Positions 1-9,857 are shown, numbered from the stretch's first letter. The stretch: DNA of 64,000 nt from Candidatus Nanopelagicales bacterium (GCA_012103605.1 WLWL01000002.1:7507-71506); one strand, 5' to 3'. Translations and numbers: made by a program. The notes: generated by a model from the sequence alone, not told the origin.

Positions 1-359
1 GGGCTGCCGTTCATCCACGCACCCGTGACTGCACTCAGCGCGTTGGTGACTCCTGGGCCTGCGGTGACGGCGGCAAACCCGGGGATTCGGCTGAGTTTCC
101 CGACGGCTTCCGCAGCGAAGACGGCGGTTTGCTCGTGTCGAACATCCAACAGCGGCAGACGGCCCCCGCGTTCGGCCGACTGGGTCGAATCTGCCGACCG
201 CACCGCGTCGGCACCGCCCACGGCCGCGTCGAACAGCGGAAAGATATGGGCCCCGGACAACGTGAAGAGCGCCTGCGCCCCGCACTCGATGGCCGCGTCG
301 ACGGCATGGTGCCCACCATGCACGGGTTCTCCGGCGGCGTGCTCACCCGAATCGCTCAT
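1..359 (-). CDS. acetolactate synthase-like thiamine pyrophosphate-binding protein (5' part; runs off window)
   Basis: Not in the ORF track. Manual translation gives MSDSGEH...[16 protein letters not shown]...[14 protein letters not shown]...[10 protein letters not shown], the TPP-enzyme N-terminal motifs. Confidence 0.85.
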   Translation of the reverse strand, partial: MSDSGEHAAGEPVHGGHHAVDAAIECGAQALFTLSGAHIFPLFDAAVGGADAVRSADSTQSAERGGRLPLLDVRHEQTAVFAAEAVGKLSRIPGFAAVTAGPGVTNALSAVTGAWMNGS

Positions 360-365
360 CGCTCC

Positions 366-375
366 ACGCTACTTT
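366..375. promoter_or_regulatory. overlapping divergent -10 hexamers (TAGCGT on -, TACTTT on +), probably driving two leaderless mRNAs
   Basis: Each TAnnnT lies 6-7 nt upstream of a start codon (ATG 359 on -, GTG 383 on +). Confidence 0.55.
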
Positions 376-382
376 GTTCTCT

Positions 383-1882
383 GTGCCGATACCTGCGCGT
401 TTGGTCAATGAGCGCACGGACCTGTCGTCCGCCGACCTCGAGCACCTGACGGCCATCGTCGAGGACTGGTCGCTCCTGGCGGACCTTTCCCTCTCGGATC
501 TCATCTTGTGGCTGCCGACATGGAACGACGCAGGAGCTCTCGCGGTGGCCCACGTTCGACCGACAACGGCCCCGACGAGCACACCCGAGGATGTCATCGG
601 GACGTTTTCTCCCCGTGGTCGTCTCGCTGCCCTGGATCAAGCCCTGACGTTCGGTCGAAGTGTGACGAGGCGCGACGCCGCGAATCCTTTGGTTCCCACG
701 GCCGTCGAGGCGTATCCCATTCACCGCCCGGTGCGAGCCGCCCGGTCGACCGACAGCGAAGGCGAGTCGGGACGAGACCGCGATGTCATCGGGGTGGTTG
801 TCCGTCGAGCCTCGTCGGCCCCTCGGGTGGCGGGGCAATTGGAGGAGTTCTACTTGTCCACCGCGGACATCTTGTTCGCCATGTTGATCTCTGGGCAGTT
901 CCCGGTGCCGGAAACGGTCACCGGAGCAACCGGTCGCCCGCGCATCGGAGACGGGGTGGTGCGGCTCGACTCATCGGGGACGGTGGCCTACGCCAGCCCG
1001 AACGCGGTGAGTGCTCTGCGACGCCTGGGCCTGGCGACGGACGTTGTCGGCGCTGACTTCTCGGGCATCGTGACCCGGCTGCTGCAACGTCACGGAACCG
1101 TGGACGCGGCCATCGCTGATCTGGCACGGGGTCGAGTTGCCGGGCGGGCAGACATCGAGGGTTCGAATGCGACGGTTCTGGTGCGGTCGATACCTCTGCG
1201 ACGTTCGGGCCCGATCGACGGTGCGGTGTTGCTGTTAAGGGATACCACCGATATTCGTCGGCGTGAACGAGCTCTGCTTTCCAAGGACGCCACCATCCGC
1301 GAGATCCATCATCGGGTGAAGAACAATCTTCAGACGGTGGCGGCTCTCTTGAGGCTTCAAAGCAGACGCTCGTCCGATGAGGCGATCTCCGCTGCGCTGG
1401 GTGATGCGCAGGTGCGCGTAGCGGCGATTGCGGTGGTGCATGAAGCGCTTTCTTCCGATTCCAGCAATGAGGCAGATCTGGGTGAATCGGTGGAGTTCGA
1501 CCGCATCGTGCGTGCGCTGTTCTCCATCGTTGTCGAGGATCCCCAGTCTCCACTGACGTTGGAGTTGTCGGGGGAGGCGGGACGGCTGTCGGCGGAGCGA
1601 GCCACGCCGCTGGCGATGTGTGTCTCTGAGTTGGTGCACAACGCTGTTCAACACGCTCAGGGAACGTTCGTCACGGTGGAGGCCATCCGTGCGCCGGACT
1701 CCTTGACGATCGCCGTTGTGGACGATGGCGTCGGCGTGGATCCCGATCAGTTAGATGCGGCTGGTCTTGGACTCAACATCGTGCAATCGTTGGCGACGAC
1801 AGAGCTCGGTGGCACCTTTGAATTCGCTGATCAGGAATATGGAACGCGTGCCGTTGTGCATGTACCGCTGAGCGGGGGATAA
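383..1882 (+). CDS. pdtaS: PdtaS-type cytoplasmic sensor histidine kinase
   Basis: [16 protein letters not shown]-terminus, PAS-like [10 protein letters not shown]-box [24 protein letters not shown] and DDGVG motifs; convergent with whiB1 as in Mycobacterium. Confidence 0.88.
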   Translation: MPIPARLVNERTDLSSADLEHLTAIVEDWSLLADLSLSDLILWLPTWNDAGALAVAHVRPTTAPTSTPEDVIGTFSPRGRLAALDQALTFGRSVTRRDAANPLVPTAVEAYPIHRPVRAARSTDSEGESGRDRDVIGVVVRRASSAPRVAGQLEEFYLSTADILFAMLISGQFPVPETVTGATGRPRIGDGVVRLDSSGTVAYASPNAVSALRRLGLATDVVGADFSGIVTRLLQRHGTVDAAIADLARGRVAGRADIEGSNATVLVRSIPLRRSGPIDGAVLLLRDTTDIRRRERALLSKDATIREIHHRVKNNLQTVAALLRLQSRRSSDEAISAALGDAQVRVAAIAVVHEALSSDSSNEADLGESVEFDRIVRALFSIVVEDPQSPLTLELSGEAGRLSAERATPLAMCVSELVHNAVQHAQGTFVTVEAIRAPDSLTIAVVDDGVGVDPDQLDAAGLGLNIVQSLATTELGGTFEFADQEYGTRAVVHVPLSGG

Positions 1883-1934
1883 GTGACGATGTCCGCCGAC
1901 GCCGGACCGTTGGATCGCCCTTAGGTGTTCGGGA

Positions 1935-2189
1935 CTAGACGTTCGTGCGGGCTCGCATGCGGGCGTTGCGGCGCTTGAGGGCGCGACGCTCGTCCTCGCT
2001 CAGGCCGCCCCACACACCGGCGTCTTGACCGCTTTCGAGAGCCCAGAGCAGGCATTCGTCGACCACCGGGCATCGGCGACAGACAGCCTTGGCCTCATCG
2101 ATTTGAATGAGTGCTGGCCCGGTGTTTCCAATGGGAAAGAACAACTCCGGATCTTCGTCACGGCAGGCCGCGTCGTGGCGCCAGTCCAC
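1935..2189 (-). CDS. whiB1: WhiB1/WblE Fe-S transcriptional regulator
   Basis: MDWRHDAACRDEDPELFFPIGNTGPA, four Cys residues, GVWGGLSEDERR. Confidence 0.95.
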   Translation of the reverse strand: MDWRHDAACRDEDPELFFPIGNTGPALIQIDEAKAVCRRCPVVDECLLWALESGQDAGVWGGLSEDERRALKRRNARMRARTNV

Positions 2190-2232
2190 GCGTCATCACT
2201 CCAAAAAACTGCGCACCGGGGTTGCCGGCACT

Positions 2233-2248
2233 CGTGAAAGTCTTCACG
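2233..2248. promoter_or_regulatory. CRP-like palindrome CGTGA-N6-TCACG upstream of whiB1
   Basis: Perfect inverted repeat CGTGAAAGTCTTCACG. Mycobacterial whiB1 is known to be CRP-regulated. It could instead be an RNA hairpin in the leader. Confidence 0.5.
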
Positions 2249-2436
2249 ACCGGGCTCGACTGGGAGGGGGGCGGGGGGTCTCCCCGGCTACCCTCGGAGG
2301 AAGGCGACCCGAACGTTAGGACTTAGGGCACCCCAAGCGTTGCAGAGGCGGGCCCCCGACACAAGCCCAAAGGGCCACTATTCGGACTTCCGCGTCATTT
2401 CTTCACACCGTTAAATACTAAATGTCCGATTTTTGG

Positions 2437-3372
2437 CTATGGACCCATGACCAGTAGGGCCGACGGGTGGGAGGTGAATGTGGCGTCCTGCGTGGTTCCC
2501 AGGCCCTCGCCGTCGATCTGGATCGGCACCGGCTGTTCGGAGCGAAAGGAGAAGCCGGCCTGGTCGTGCCACCGCACGATGCTCGATCGGGTGGACGCCC
2601 CGTCGGTGCGGGTCAGCATGCGCGCCGCGGCCCGGACGGTGGTCAAGGGGCCCAGATTGCGCAGGGCAAACAGGTCGAGTCCGGTCTCGAAGGATGCGTG
2701 GGGGCAGGGGTCGATCGGGAGAGCGCCGAAATAGGTCCACGGGGAAGCGTTCTGCACGATTCCGAGGACGACGCCCGCGGTCGGAGCAGATCCCGGTCGA
2801 GTGACCGTCATCTCGGGGCCATCCCGCTCCGCGAAGTACTCCCGCACCGTCGTCATGAAGTACCGCAAGGGCGTCGCGCGATGGCCACGCGTGCGCTGCT
2901 GTTCCATGGACGCAATGATCTGGGCGTCCATGCCTAGGCCAGCGTTAACCGCGAACCAGCGCGTGAACTCCGGTGTCGTCACGTGCCCGAGGCCGATGCG
3001 GCGAAATACTCCGTCGCGTGTGGCGCGCAGGATGACCCCGGTCGCTTCGACCGGATCGGTCGGAATCTGCAGGGCACGGGAGAAGACATTGGCGCTGCCG
3101 CCAGGAATCACGCCGAGCGCCGGCACGTCACGTCCGGGGCCGTCGCGCAGAATCCCGTTGAGAACTTCGTTGACAACACCGTCTCCACCGAGTGTGATGA
3201 CAGCGTCGAGGCCGTTGTCGATGGCCCAGTGCCCGAGATCTACCCCGTGGCCACGATGAGTAGTGAAGGTAATTTCCAGATTCAATTCATGGGACAGCGC
3301 CTGCACGATCACATCGGTGGTTCGGGTCGAAGTGGTGGTGGCGCGTGGGTTGACGACCAGCAGCGCCCGCAT
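2437..3372 (-). CDS. diacylglycerol kinase family lipid kinase
   Basis: MRALLVVNPRAT, GGDGVVNEVLNG, IPGGSANVF, QIDGE. Confidence 0.9.
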   Translation of the reverse strand: MRALLVVNPRATTTSTRTTDVIVQALSHELNLEITFTTHRGHGVDLGHWAIDNGLDAVITLGGDGVVNEVLNGILRDGPGRDVPALGVIPGGSANVFSRALQIPTDPVEATGVILRATRDGVFRRIGLGHVTTPEFTRWFAVNAGLGMDAQIIASMEQQRTRGHRATPLRYFMTTVREYFAERDGPEMTVTRPGSAPTAGVVLGIVQNASPWTYFGALPIDPCPHASFETGLDLFALRNLGPLTTVRAAARMLTRTDGASTRSSIVRWHDQAGFSFRSEQPVPIQIDGEGLGTTQDATFTSHPSALLVMGP

Positions 3373-3379
3373 GGCGAGG

Positions 3380-3389
3380 AGCCTATGCT
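3380..3389. promoter_or_regulatory. overlapping divergent -10 hexamers (TAGGCT on -, TATGCT on +)
   Basis: Each lies 7 nt upstream of a start (ATG 3372 on -, GTG 3397 on +). Confidence 0.55.
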
Positions 3390-3396
3390 CGCCGAC

Positions 3397-3813
3397 GTGC
3401 CGAAACCGACGCAACCCTTGCTCATCGTGCTGGCGGCAATCGCTGCTGCAGAGGGGATTGTGCTCGTCGGTTACGCGATCTACGACGTCATTGAGGGAAT
3501 CCGGGTCGGTCTGACCGGACCACCGGAAGTCTCTAACCTGCCGGCCCTGGTATTACAGGTCGTCATCTTCGCTGCTTTTGGAGTCGGTCTGATTGCCATC
3601 GCCCGTGGGTGGTGGCTGTCGAAGTATGGAGCGCGTGCGCCCTTCATCCTCGCTCAGATTCTCGGCCTCGTGGTGGGTGTTCCACTCACCGCTGCTCCCG
3701 ATGCGGGAACTCGCGTTGTGGGGGCAGCATTGGTGGTGGCCGCAGTCATCGGTATCGCGGTGTCACTGCTGCCGCCGGTGACACGGGCGATTGTCGATAC
3801 CGACGGGGGCTAG
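3397..3813 (+). CDS. small integral membrane protein (Rv3217c-like position)
   Basis: Four hydrophobic segments; conserved synteny with the DAG kinase and whiB1. Start could be ATG 3385. Confidence 0.7.
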   Translation: MPKPTQPLLIVLAAIAAAEGIVLVGYAIYDVIEGIRVGLTGPPEVSNLPALVLQVVIFAAFGVGLIAIARGWWLSKYGARAPFILAQILGLVVGVPLTAAPDAGTRVVGAALVVAAVIGIAVSLLPPVTRAIVDTDGG

Positions 3814-4700
3814 TTGCCCGATGGTGTGCGCGGGTCGGAGGCGTTTGCCAAGTCGTCATGCGGCGCGAAGCCGACCACGTGATCGAAGGCCGCTCGGCGG
3901 CTGGCCCGTCGTAGAGCGATGAGAACACCCCTGCCCGCGATCATGATCAACCCGGCGGCGAGGAGGGCTCGGGGAATGTCGAATCCGAGCGAGGTGACGA
4001 CGCTGAAGCGCAGCCAGGCCGCGACGTTCTCCATTGCGGGGGCACCGGGTTGGAATGCGATGGCCGGCGCGAGGTCGATCGTGAACGGCCAGAACCACAA
4101 ATTGAGAGCGAAGCCGTAGGCGACAGCGGCGAGAAGGGCGTACCCGGCAACGACGAGCACCTCGCGCCAGGGGTGGTTCGAGGTGAACCGCTGGATGACG
4201 GGAATTCTCGCGAGGAGACCCGCGCCCATGCCGATCCACGCGGCAGCCATCATTTGAAAGGGGAGCCAGGGACCGATACCGCCGGTGATGAGTGCAGATG
4301 CGAATAACGACACCGAGCCCAAGACGAAACCGAATCCGGGCCCCAACGCGAAGCCACCGAGGATGAGGACCGCCCAAATGGGTTCTATCCCTGCTACCCC
4401 GGCCCCGAGCGGCCGCAATGCCGCGATGACCGCGGAGAGAACGCCGAGCAGAGCAATGGACTTGGCGTCCATGGCACCGTCGGCGAATTGCGCGAGAACA
4501 ACCACCAACACAAGTGGCACCAGCAGTGCGAAAAAGAAGGGCGCATCGGTGGCGTGAGCGACAACAGCCGACTCGGGGGCGGCGAGGAACGGCCACAAGA
4601 AGGCGATCAAGCCGATAACGGAGGCTAAAGACACGGCGAGGATCGACCGCGTGCCCAGAGGAATGGCTTTCGCGGTGCGGGTGATGGTCCTGGTGCTCAT
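3810..4700 (-). CDS. ECF transporter S component (predicted cobalamin, CbrT-like)
   Basis: Multi-TM protein with LGAGVAGIEP, GPGFGFVLG, GGIGPWLPFQM; last gene of the riboswitch operon. Confidence 0.85.
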   Translation of the reverse strand: MSTRTITRTAKAIPLGTRSILAVSLASVIGLIAFLWPFLAAPESAVVAHATDAPFFFALLVPLVLVVVLAQFADGAMDAKSIALLGVLSAVIAALRPLGAGVAGIEPIWAVLILGGFALGPGFGFVLGSVSLFASALITGGIGPWLPFQMMAAAWIGMGAGLLARIPVIQRFTSNHPWREVLVVAGYALLAAVAYGFALNLWFWPFTIDLAPAIAFQPGAPAMENVAAWLRFSVVTSLGFDIPRALLAAGLIMIAGRGVLIALRRASRRAAFDHVVGFAPHDDLANASDPRTPSGN

Positions 4701-6310
4701 GCCGAGTCCTGCGCGAGTGCCCGACGGACTTGCTCGACGGTCAGCCACGGTTGCGGAGCCAGGATCTTGGCGACCTGTGGTGCGAACATCGGCGAGGAGG
4801 TGATGACGTCTGCGGTGGATCCGTCGGCAACGATTTCGCCGTCGGCGAGGATGATCACGCGAGACGCCACGTCGGCAGCGAGTTCGACGTCGTGTGTTGC
4901 GACGATGACGGTGTGCCCGGCCGAGGACAGGTCGGAGATGACACCGGCGAGGCGTTCCTTGGTTGAGTAGTCCAGCCCGCGGGTGGGCTCGTCGAGGCAG
5001 ATCACGCCGGGCCGAGCCGCCAGGACGAGACTCAACACCAACAGCAGTCGCTGACCCTCGCTGAGGTCGCGAGGGTGTGTCGAATCAACGATCTCGGGTG
5101 CGAGAAGCGCCAGCAGTGCGCGGGTTGTTCCGGGGTCGCACCCAGCATCCTTGTCGGACGCCGCGCATTCCTCTGCGACCGTCGCCGCCTCGAGAAGGTC
5201 GGCCGGCTCTTGAGGAACGAGGCCGACTCTGCGGATGAGGTCAGGGCCGTCGACGTCACTCGGTTGAACCCCCGCGATGTCGACCGATCCACCCGTGGGC
5301 TTAGTCATGCCAACGAGTGAGTGGAGCATCGTCGACTTCCCCGCGCCGTTGCGACCCATCAACGCGATGACTTCTCCACGGTGCAGCGTGGTCGATACCG
5401 AGCGCAAAGCTCGCATGGTCCCGTAACGGATGTCGAGGTTATTCGTCGTTGCCGCCACGGTGGATTCTTCGACCACGCGCACGGGGGGTACGTGACCGAC
5501 GAGTAGGTGCCGCAGCGTGGAAGCGTGGCGGCGTGCGTCGCGCACGGTGATCGGGGTCGGGCTCCAGCCCGCGACGCGTCCGAGGTGGACGACGGGTGGC
5601 GCGATGGGTGCCGTCGACATGATGTCTTCGGGGCTGCCGATAGTGATCGGACCCCCGGGGGAACTCAAAGCGATGATCCGGTCGGCGTATTGCAACACCC
5701 GCTCGAGGCGGTGTTCGGCGAGAACGACGGTGACGCCGAGATCGTGAACGAGTCGATGCAACGCGGCGAGAACTTCCTCCGCCGCCCCGGGGTCGAGCGC
5801 GGAGGTGGGCTCATCGAGGACGAGTACCCGCGGATGCGCGGTGAGCACCGCGCCGATGGCCGCGCGCTGTCGCTGGCCTCCACTGAGGGTCCGCAATGGT
5901 CGGTGGCGCAGTTCTTGCAGACCCAGAAGGTCGAGAGTCTCCTCCACCCGGCGACGCATCACCGCGGGCGCGATCCCGAGGCACTCCATGGTGTACGCGA
6001 GCTCTTCCTCGACAGTGTCAGTGACGAAGCTGGCCATCGGGTCCTGGGGGACCACGCCCACCAGGTCGGCTAGGTCGCGCGGTCGGTTGGTCGAGGTGCT
6101 CCGTCCGTCGATGCGCACATCGCCGGTCAGCACCCCACCGGTGAAATGGGGCACTAGCCCGTTGATCGCCCCGAGTAAGGTGCTCTTTCCCGCGCCCGTC
6201 CCGCCGACGACGAGGATGAATTCACCCTCGGCAACGGTCAGGTTGACGTTGTCCACCACACAGGGTGCGTCCGGGCTGTACCGAATGGAGACGTTGTCGA
6301 ACTCGATCAT
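4697..6310 (-). CDS. ECF transporter fused double ATPase
   Basis: Two Walker A motifs (GGTGAGKST, GRNGAGKST), LSGGQ/LSEGQ signatures, two DEPT motifs. Confidence 0.93.
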   Translation of the reverse strand: MIEFDNVSIRYSPDAPCVVDNVNLTVAEGEFILVVGGTGAGKSTLLGAINGLVPHFTGGVLTGDVRIDGRSTSTNRPRDLADLVGVVPQDPMASFVTDTVEEELAYTMECLGIAPAVMRRRVEETLDLLGLQELRHRPLRTLSGGQRQRAAIGAVLTAHPRVLVLDEPTSALDPGAAEEVLAALHRLVHDLGVTVVLAEHRLERVLQYADRIIALSSPGGPITIGSPEDIMSTAPIAPPVVHLGRVAGWSPTPITVRDARRHASTLRHLLVGHVPPVRVVEESTVAATTNNLDIRYGTMRALRSVSTTLHRGEVIALMGRNGAGKSTMLHSLVGMTKPTGGSVDIAGVQPSDVDGPDLIRRVGLVPQEPADLLEAATVAEECAASDKDAGCDPGTTRALLALLAPEIVDSTHPRDLSEGQRLLLVLSLVLAARPGVICLDEPTRGLDYSTKERLAGVISDLSSAGHTVIVATHDVELAADVASRVIILADGEIVADGSTADVITSSPMFAPQVAKILAPQPWLTVEQVRRALAQDSA

Positions 6311-7494
6311 GACTCAGCCCGCCCTGGCGGGTCGATTCTGGCCGAGTCGAGATCGGTCGCGGGCCCGACCGATGGCGGTGGGGGAGTCAGGTATGCCGGA
6401 GCCAGTGCCGCCACCAGGCCGATGAGGGCAAGGACCGGAAGCGTCGGCCACAGCGGCGGTGACGTCGAGGGGTTCATGCCTACGGGGTCCCGAACGGACG
6501 CGATCACGAACGTCGCAGCGACGACACCGCCGGCGAGCGCGGTGAGGACGTCCGGCCGGTGCCACGCATTGGGGCGGTAGCGCGTGCGAAGACTCCGGCG
6601 ACCAGCGAGCGAAACACCCACGACCACACACACCACCCCCGCGATCAAGATTCCCGCCCCCCAGGTGGCCACTGATCCGGTTCCGAGCACTCCGTACGTG
6701 CCGATCGCGATGGCCGCGAGGCCGACGATGAATACGGTCGTCGTCAGTCGAGACCGCGCACGGCTGACAGCCGCTGATCGGCCGTACCCGCGAGAATCCA
6801 TAGCCGCCGCGAGTGCGATCGATCGATCCATGGCTCCGTGCAGGACGGGCATGACGGTTCCACTTACTCCTCGCAGACCGGAATCCGCGCGTCCGCGCAG
6901 ACGTCGGTTGGCACGGATGCGAGCCACATCACTGGCGAGTTGAGGAAGAAAAGTCGTAGCGACCACAACGCTGACACCGACCTCATACACCGCTGCGGGT
7001 ATCGACTTCAGCAATCGATGGGGTGAGGCGAGTGAGCTGGCGGCTCCCACCGCGACGATGATCGCGGCAAGGCGAAGGCCCTCGTAGAGGGCATGGAGTG
7101 CGGGTTCGAGCATGAGCGTGCCGCCGAGGCGGATGCCCGCGAGCCACGAAGGAAGCGTGATCCCTGGCAGCTCGAGGAGCACCGTGGTTCCCATCGGGGC
7201 GACGAAGAGAATTTGTGCGACGAGTCGAAACGCGACGACGATGATCGCGAGCCGAAGGAAGAATCCGAATGATCGCGCCCAGGGGGCATCGGAGCGGCGA
7301 CGGTCGACCACAACGGCTGTGCAGGTAATCAGTCCGAGCAGCAGCAGCGGGTTCGTGGTCATGCTGGCCGCGGCCGCGACACCCAGAGCCCACGCCCACC
7401 ACGCCAGCGGGTGCAGCCATCGGGCCCGGTCGTCTCGTGCGAGGTTGGGCACGGTGGCGTGGCTCGTGCCCGTCGTCGCTGTCGGTGCCGTCAT
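6307..7494 (-). CDS. ECF transporter T component (CbiQ/EcfT)
   Basis: LHPLAWWAWALG, AAAMDSRGYG conserved-Arg motif, multi-TM. Confidence 0.88.
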   Translation of the reverse strand: MTAPTATTGTSHATVPNLARDDRARWLHPLAWWAWALGVAAAASMTTNPLLLLGLITCTAVVVDRRRSDAPWARSFGFFLRLAIIVVAFRLVAQILFVAPMGTTVLLELPGITLPSWLAGIRLGGTLMLEPALHALYEGLRLAAIIVAVGAASSLASPHRLLKSIPAAVYEVGVSVVVATTFLPQLASDVARIRANRRLRGRADSGLRGVSGTVMPVLHGAMDRSIALAAAMDSRGYGRSAAVSRARSRLTTTVFIVGLAAIAIGTYGVLGTGSVATWGAGILIAGVVCVVVGVSLAGRRSLRTRYRPNAWHRPDVLTALAGGVVAATFVIASVRDPVGMNPSTSPPLWPTLPVLALIGLVAALAPAYLTPPPPSVGPATDLDSARIDPPGRAES

Positions 7495-8240
7495 CGCGTT
7501 GCCGCCTGTCGAGAGCGGCGCCACAGCGCGAAGCCGACCACCGCGATAACCGACACCGTGAGCGCCGCGGCGAGCGGTGTTCCGGGGGATGCCTGTTGTG
7601 TGGGTGGCTCGTCGGGGGAGTCGCTAAGTCCGGATGCAGCATCGATTTGCTCAACGTTGTCGACCTCCTCGGTTTCCGTCGGCGATGCGTCATCCACGCG
7701 GGAACTAGTGGGGACCTCGACCAAGGGTGCGCATTCGCTCGCCGGATAACCGTTGATTCCACATACGAAACCGGACTCCACTCGCATGTCGGCGACGGTT
7801 TGCGCGACAGCGAGTCCGGTCATGGATTCATCGACGACGACGCAGGTGGCCACGAGTGCGCCGGGTTGTTCGCCGTCGGGCGACTCGTCGAGGGTTCCGG
7901 GGTCGATCACGATCCCGACGCGCTTGGTGTCGTCTTGACGCTCGGTTCCCGCGCAGATGGACTCGAAGTCGGGATCGACAGACGGTTTGATGTCGGACAC
8001 CTGACCGGCCAACCCGAAGCGCCACCCTTCGACCGAGCCGTCGGCGGGGACGCGAGTCCCGGCCCCTTCCGATGCGTAGCCCCACTCAGGTGACGTTCCG
8101 GCGTCGACGATCCAGTAGGACCAGTAACGGTAGGTGGTGGTTGCGACCGCGGACGGAGTAGCGACGCCGACCATCAGCACCGTGATCAATACCGCAGCAC
8201 TGATCGACCGATGAGTCGGCGTCGCTCCCCGAGTGGTCAC
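7491..8240 (-). CDS. SCO2322-family exported protein with C-terminal membrane anchor
   Basis: Signal peptide, YRYWSYW, DGSVEGWRF, VCGINGYPASEC, C-terminal TM followed by a basic tail. Confidence 0.8.
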   Translation of the reverse strand: MTTRGATPTHRSISAAVLITVLMVGVATPSAVATTTYRYWSYWIVDAGTSPEWGYASEGAGTRVPADGSVEGWRFGLAGQVSDIKPSVDPDFESICAGTERQDDTKRVGIVIDPGTLDESPDGEQPGALVATCVVVDESMTGLAVAQTVADMRVESGFVCGINGYPASECAPLVEVPTSSRVDDASPTETEEVDNVEQIDAASGLSDSPDEPPTQQASPGTPLAAALTVSVIAVVGFALWRRSRQAATR

Positions 8241-9277
8241 TGCAGGCTGCGGCTCAGTGCGCGAACGAGGTTGACGCCCCCGAAGTCGCGCGGATCGCTA
8301 TCGGTCGCCTCGGCCACGAGGAGCAGGAGTCCCACCGCACCCGGAACTACCTCGTTCTCGGCGTAGGCGTAGGAGCGCACGTTGTCCTGCAAGGTCGCCA
8401 GAGCTGTCGGAACCGCGGACGAACCGGTGCCGAAGGCCGTGAGGCCCAGCAGGGCCCAGCCCGTGGAGGTGTAGTCGGCACCGGAGCCGAAGTCGGACGT
8501 CAAGGCACCGTCGTCGTCGATGGCCGTAGCCACGAATGCACCGACATTGGCGTTGGTGTTTCGCTTGCGGCAGGTGGGATCGGCTGCGAGGTCGTCTTGT
8601 GCGGATACCGGAAGGGCTCCGGCCAGACCCATCAGCCCCTGAGCTGACGCGAGCCCATTTGCCTTACTGCCCTTCTGATACGCGAGCCCACCACCGCTGG
8701 CGCACTTCAGTTTCAGTGTGCCGAGCCACTCCTGTGCGTTCGGAACGCGTCCGCTTCGATCCTGTGGTTGCACGGTTTGCAGCGCCATGACCGACAAGGC
8801 GGTGGAGTTGGCATCGGATGCGCCACCGGAGTGGAAGGGGAAGCCCCAATCGTCGTTCTGCACGTCGTTCAGCCACACGATGGCGTCGCGTGCCGGTGCG
8901 GTTCGACCAGCCAAGTACAACGCGATGGCTGCCATGGCTGTGCTGTTGGTGTCCGGACCGGAGAAGTTCTTCGGATCGGACGGGGAGCAGGCGGTCGATG
9001 TGTTCGACCGGAAGGCTTCGAACGATCCGTCGGCACACTGCTGGTCTGCCAGCCAGTCGACCGCGGCAGCGGGAATGCGCGCATCGGCGGCAGCCAGCCC
9101 TGCGATCGCCAGCGATTGACGGTAGACGCCGTCGTACGTTGCGTCTTGAGTTCCAAACAGTCCGGTATCGGCTGCGTGTGCCGGGGCTGCGAGCACAGCG
9201 GCGGAAAGTGAGACGGCGCCTAGTGCCACAAGGACACTTCTGCCGACCCTGGTGGCGAACGAGACTCGAGTAGTCAC
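8237..9277 (-). CDS. secreted prenyltransferase/squalene-oxidase-repeat (alpha/alpha barrel) protein
   Basis: Signal peptide ending APAHA; repeats WLADQQCADGSF, DTNSTAMA, WLNDVQNDDWGF, DANSTALS. Confidence 0.75.
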   Translation of the reverse strand: MTTRVSFATRVGRSVLVALGAVSLSAAVLAAPAHAADTGLFGTQDATYDGVYRQSLAIAGLAAADARIPAAAVDWLADQQCADGSFEAFRSNTSTACSPSDPKNFSGPDTNSTAMAAIALYLAGRTAPARDAIVWLNDVQNDDWGFPFHSGGASDANSTALSVMALQTVQPQDRSGRVPNAQEWLGTLKLKCASGGGLAYQKGSKANGLASAQGLMGLAGALPVSAQDDLAADPTCRKRNTNANVGAFVATAIDDDGALTSDFGSGADYTSTGWALLGLTAFGTGSSAVPTALATLQDNVRSYAYAENEVVPGAVGLLLLVAEATDSDPRDFGGVNLVRALSRSLQ

Positions 9278-9332
9278 GGGTATCTCTTTTCTGTTGAGCG
9301 GTCCGGAGCGCTGTCCTGGTCGACCGCCCGAC

Positions 9333-9364
9333 AAAAAAAATCCCTCATGCTTTGGCATGAGAGA
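9333..9364 (-). terminator. intrinsic terminator in the riboswitch leader (attenuator)
   Basis: Minus strand TCTCTCATGC-CAAA-GCATGAGGGA followed by eight T. Confidence 0.8.
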
Positions 9365-9419
9365 CGCGTCAGGGTGATCCCGTGGACTCGTCCCGTTACC
9401 TCGACGGATGGAGCCGCTC

Positions 9420-9535
9420 GCGCTCGCCAGGTGCTCCGACTCGCTCGATTCGAGACCCTTGCCTCGATGAACTCACGGTTGCGGGACAGCGTCGGATTTG
9501 CACCGACTTCCCCTGGACGTCGAACGCGTGCATTC
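9420..9535 (-). ncRNA. cobalamin riboswitch
   Basis: Minus strand AGGGGAAGTCGGTGCAAATCCGACGCTGTCCCGCAACCGTGA ... GAGTCGGAGCACCTG (B12 box), upstream of an ECF operon. Confidence 0.92.
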
Positions 9536-9612
9536 AGTTGTAGGCGAATCCGACCACGGCACCGGTGCTCGTGTCAAAGGATGACGTGTATCCGGCGTGG
9601 TTGAAAGGTGGA

Positions 9613-9816
9613 CTACCCCGGGTGCAGGCCCATCTCGTACGTCACCGACCCGTCTTCTCGCAGCGTGACAGTGTCGACTCCCTCATTCAGCAGCGTTCGA
9701 AAGTTCTCACCGAGCCAGGACTCGGCGTCGGCTTGACTGGCGAACGCTTCATCCGTGCCCGAGGCCGGGGACACGGCGGTGCCTGATTTGTTCGCGTAGG
9801 TCCAGGTCCATCCCAT
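9613..9816 (-). CDS. conserved small actinobacterial hypothetical protein
   Basis: GGAGG SD; WTWTY...FASQADAESWLGE pattern. Confidence 0.7.
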   Translation of the reverse strand: MGWTWTYANKSGTAVSPASGTDEAFASQADAESWLGENFRTLLNEGVDTVTLREDGSVTYEMGLHPG

Positions 9817-9857
9817 GGCTTCCTCCCGATTGGTGTTCGTGCGCTCGCGTCGTCGGA

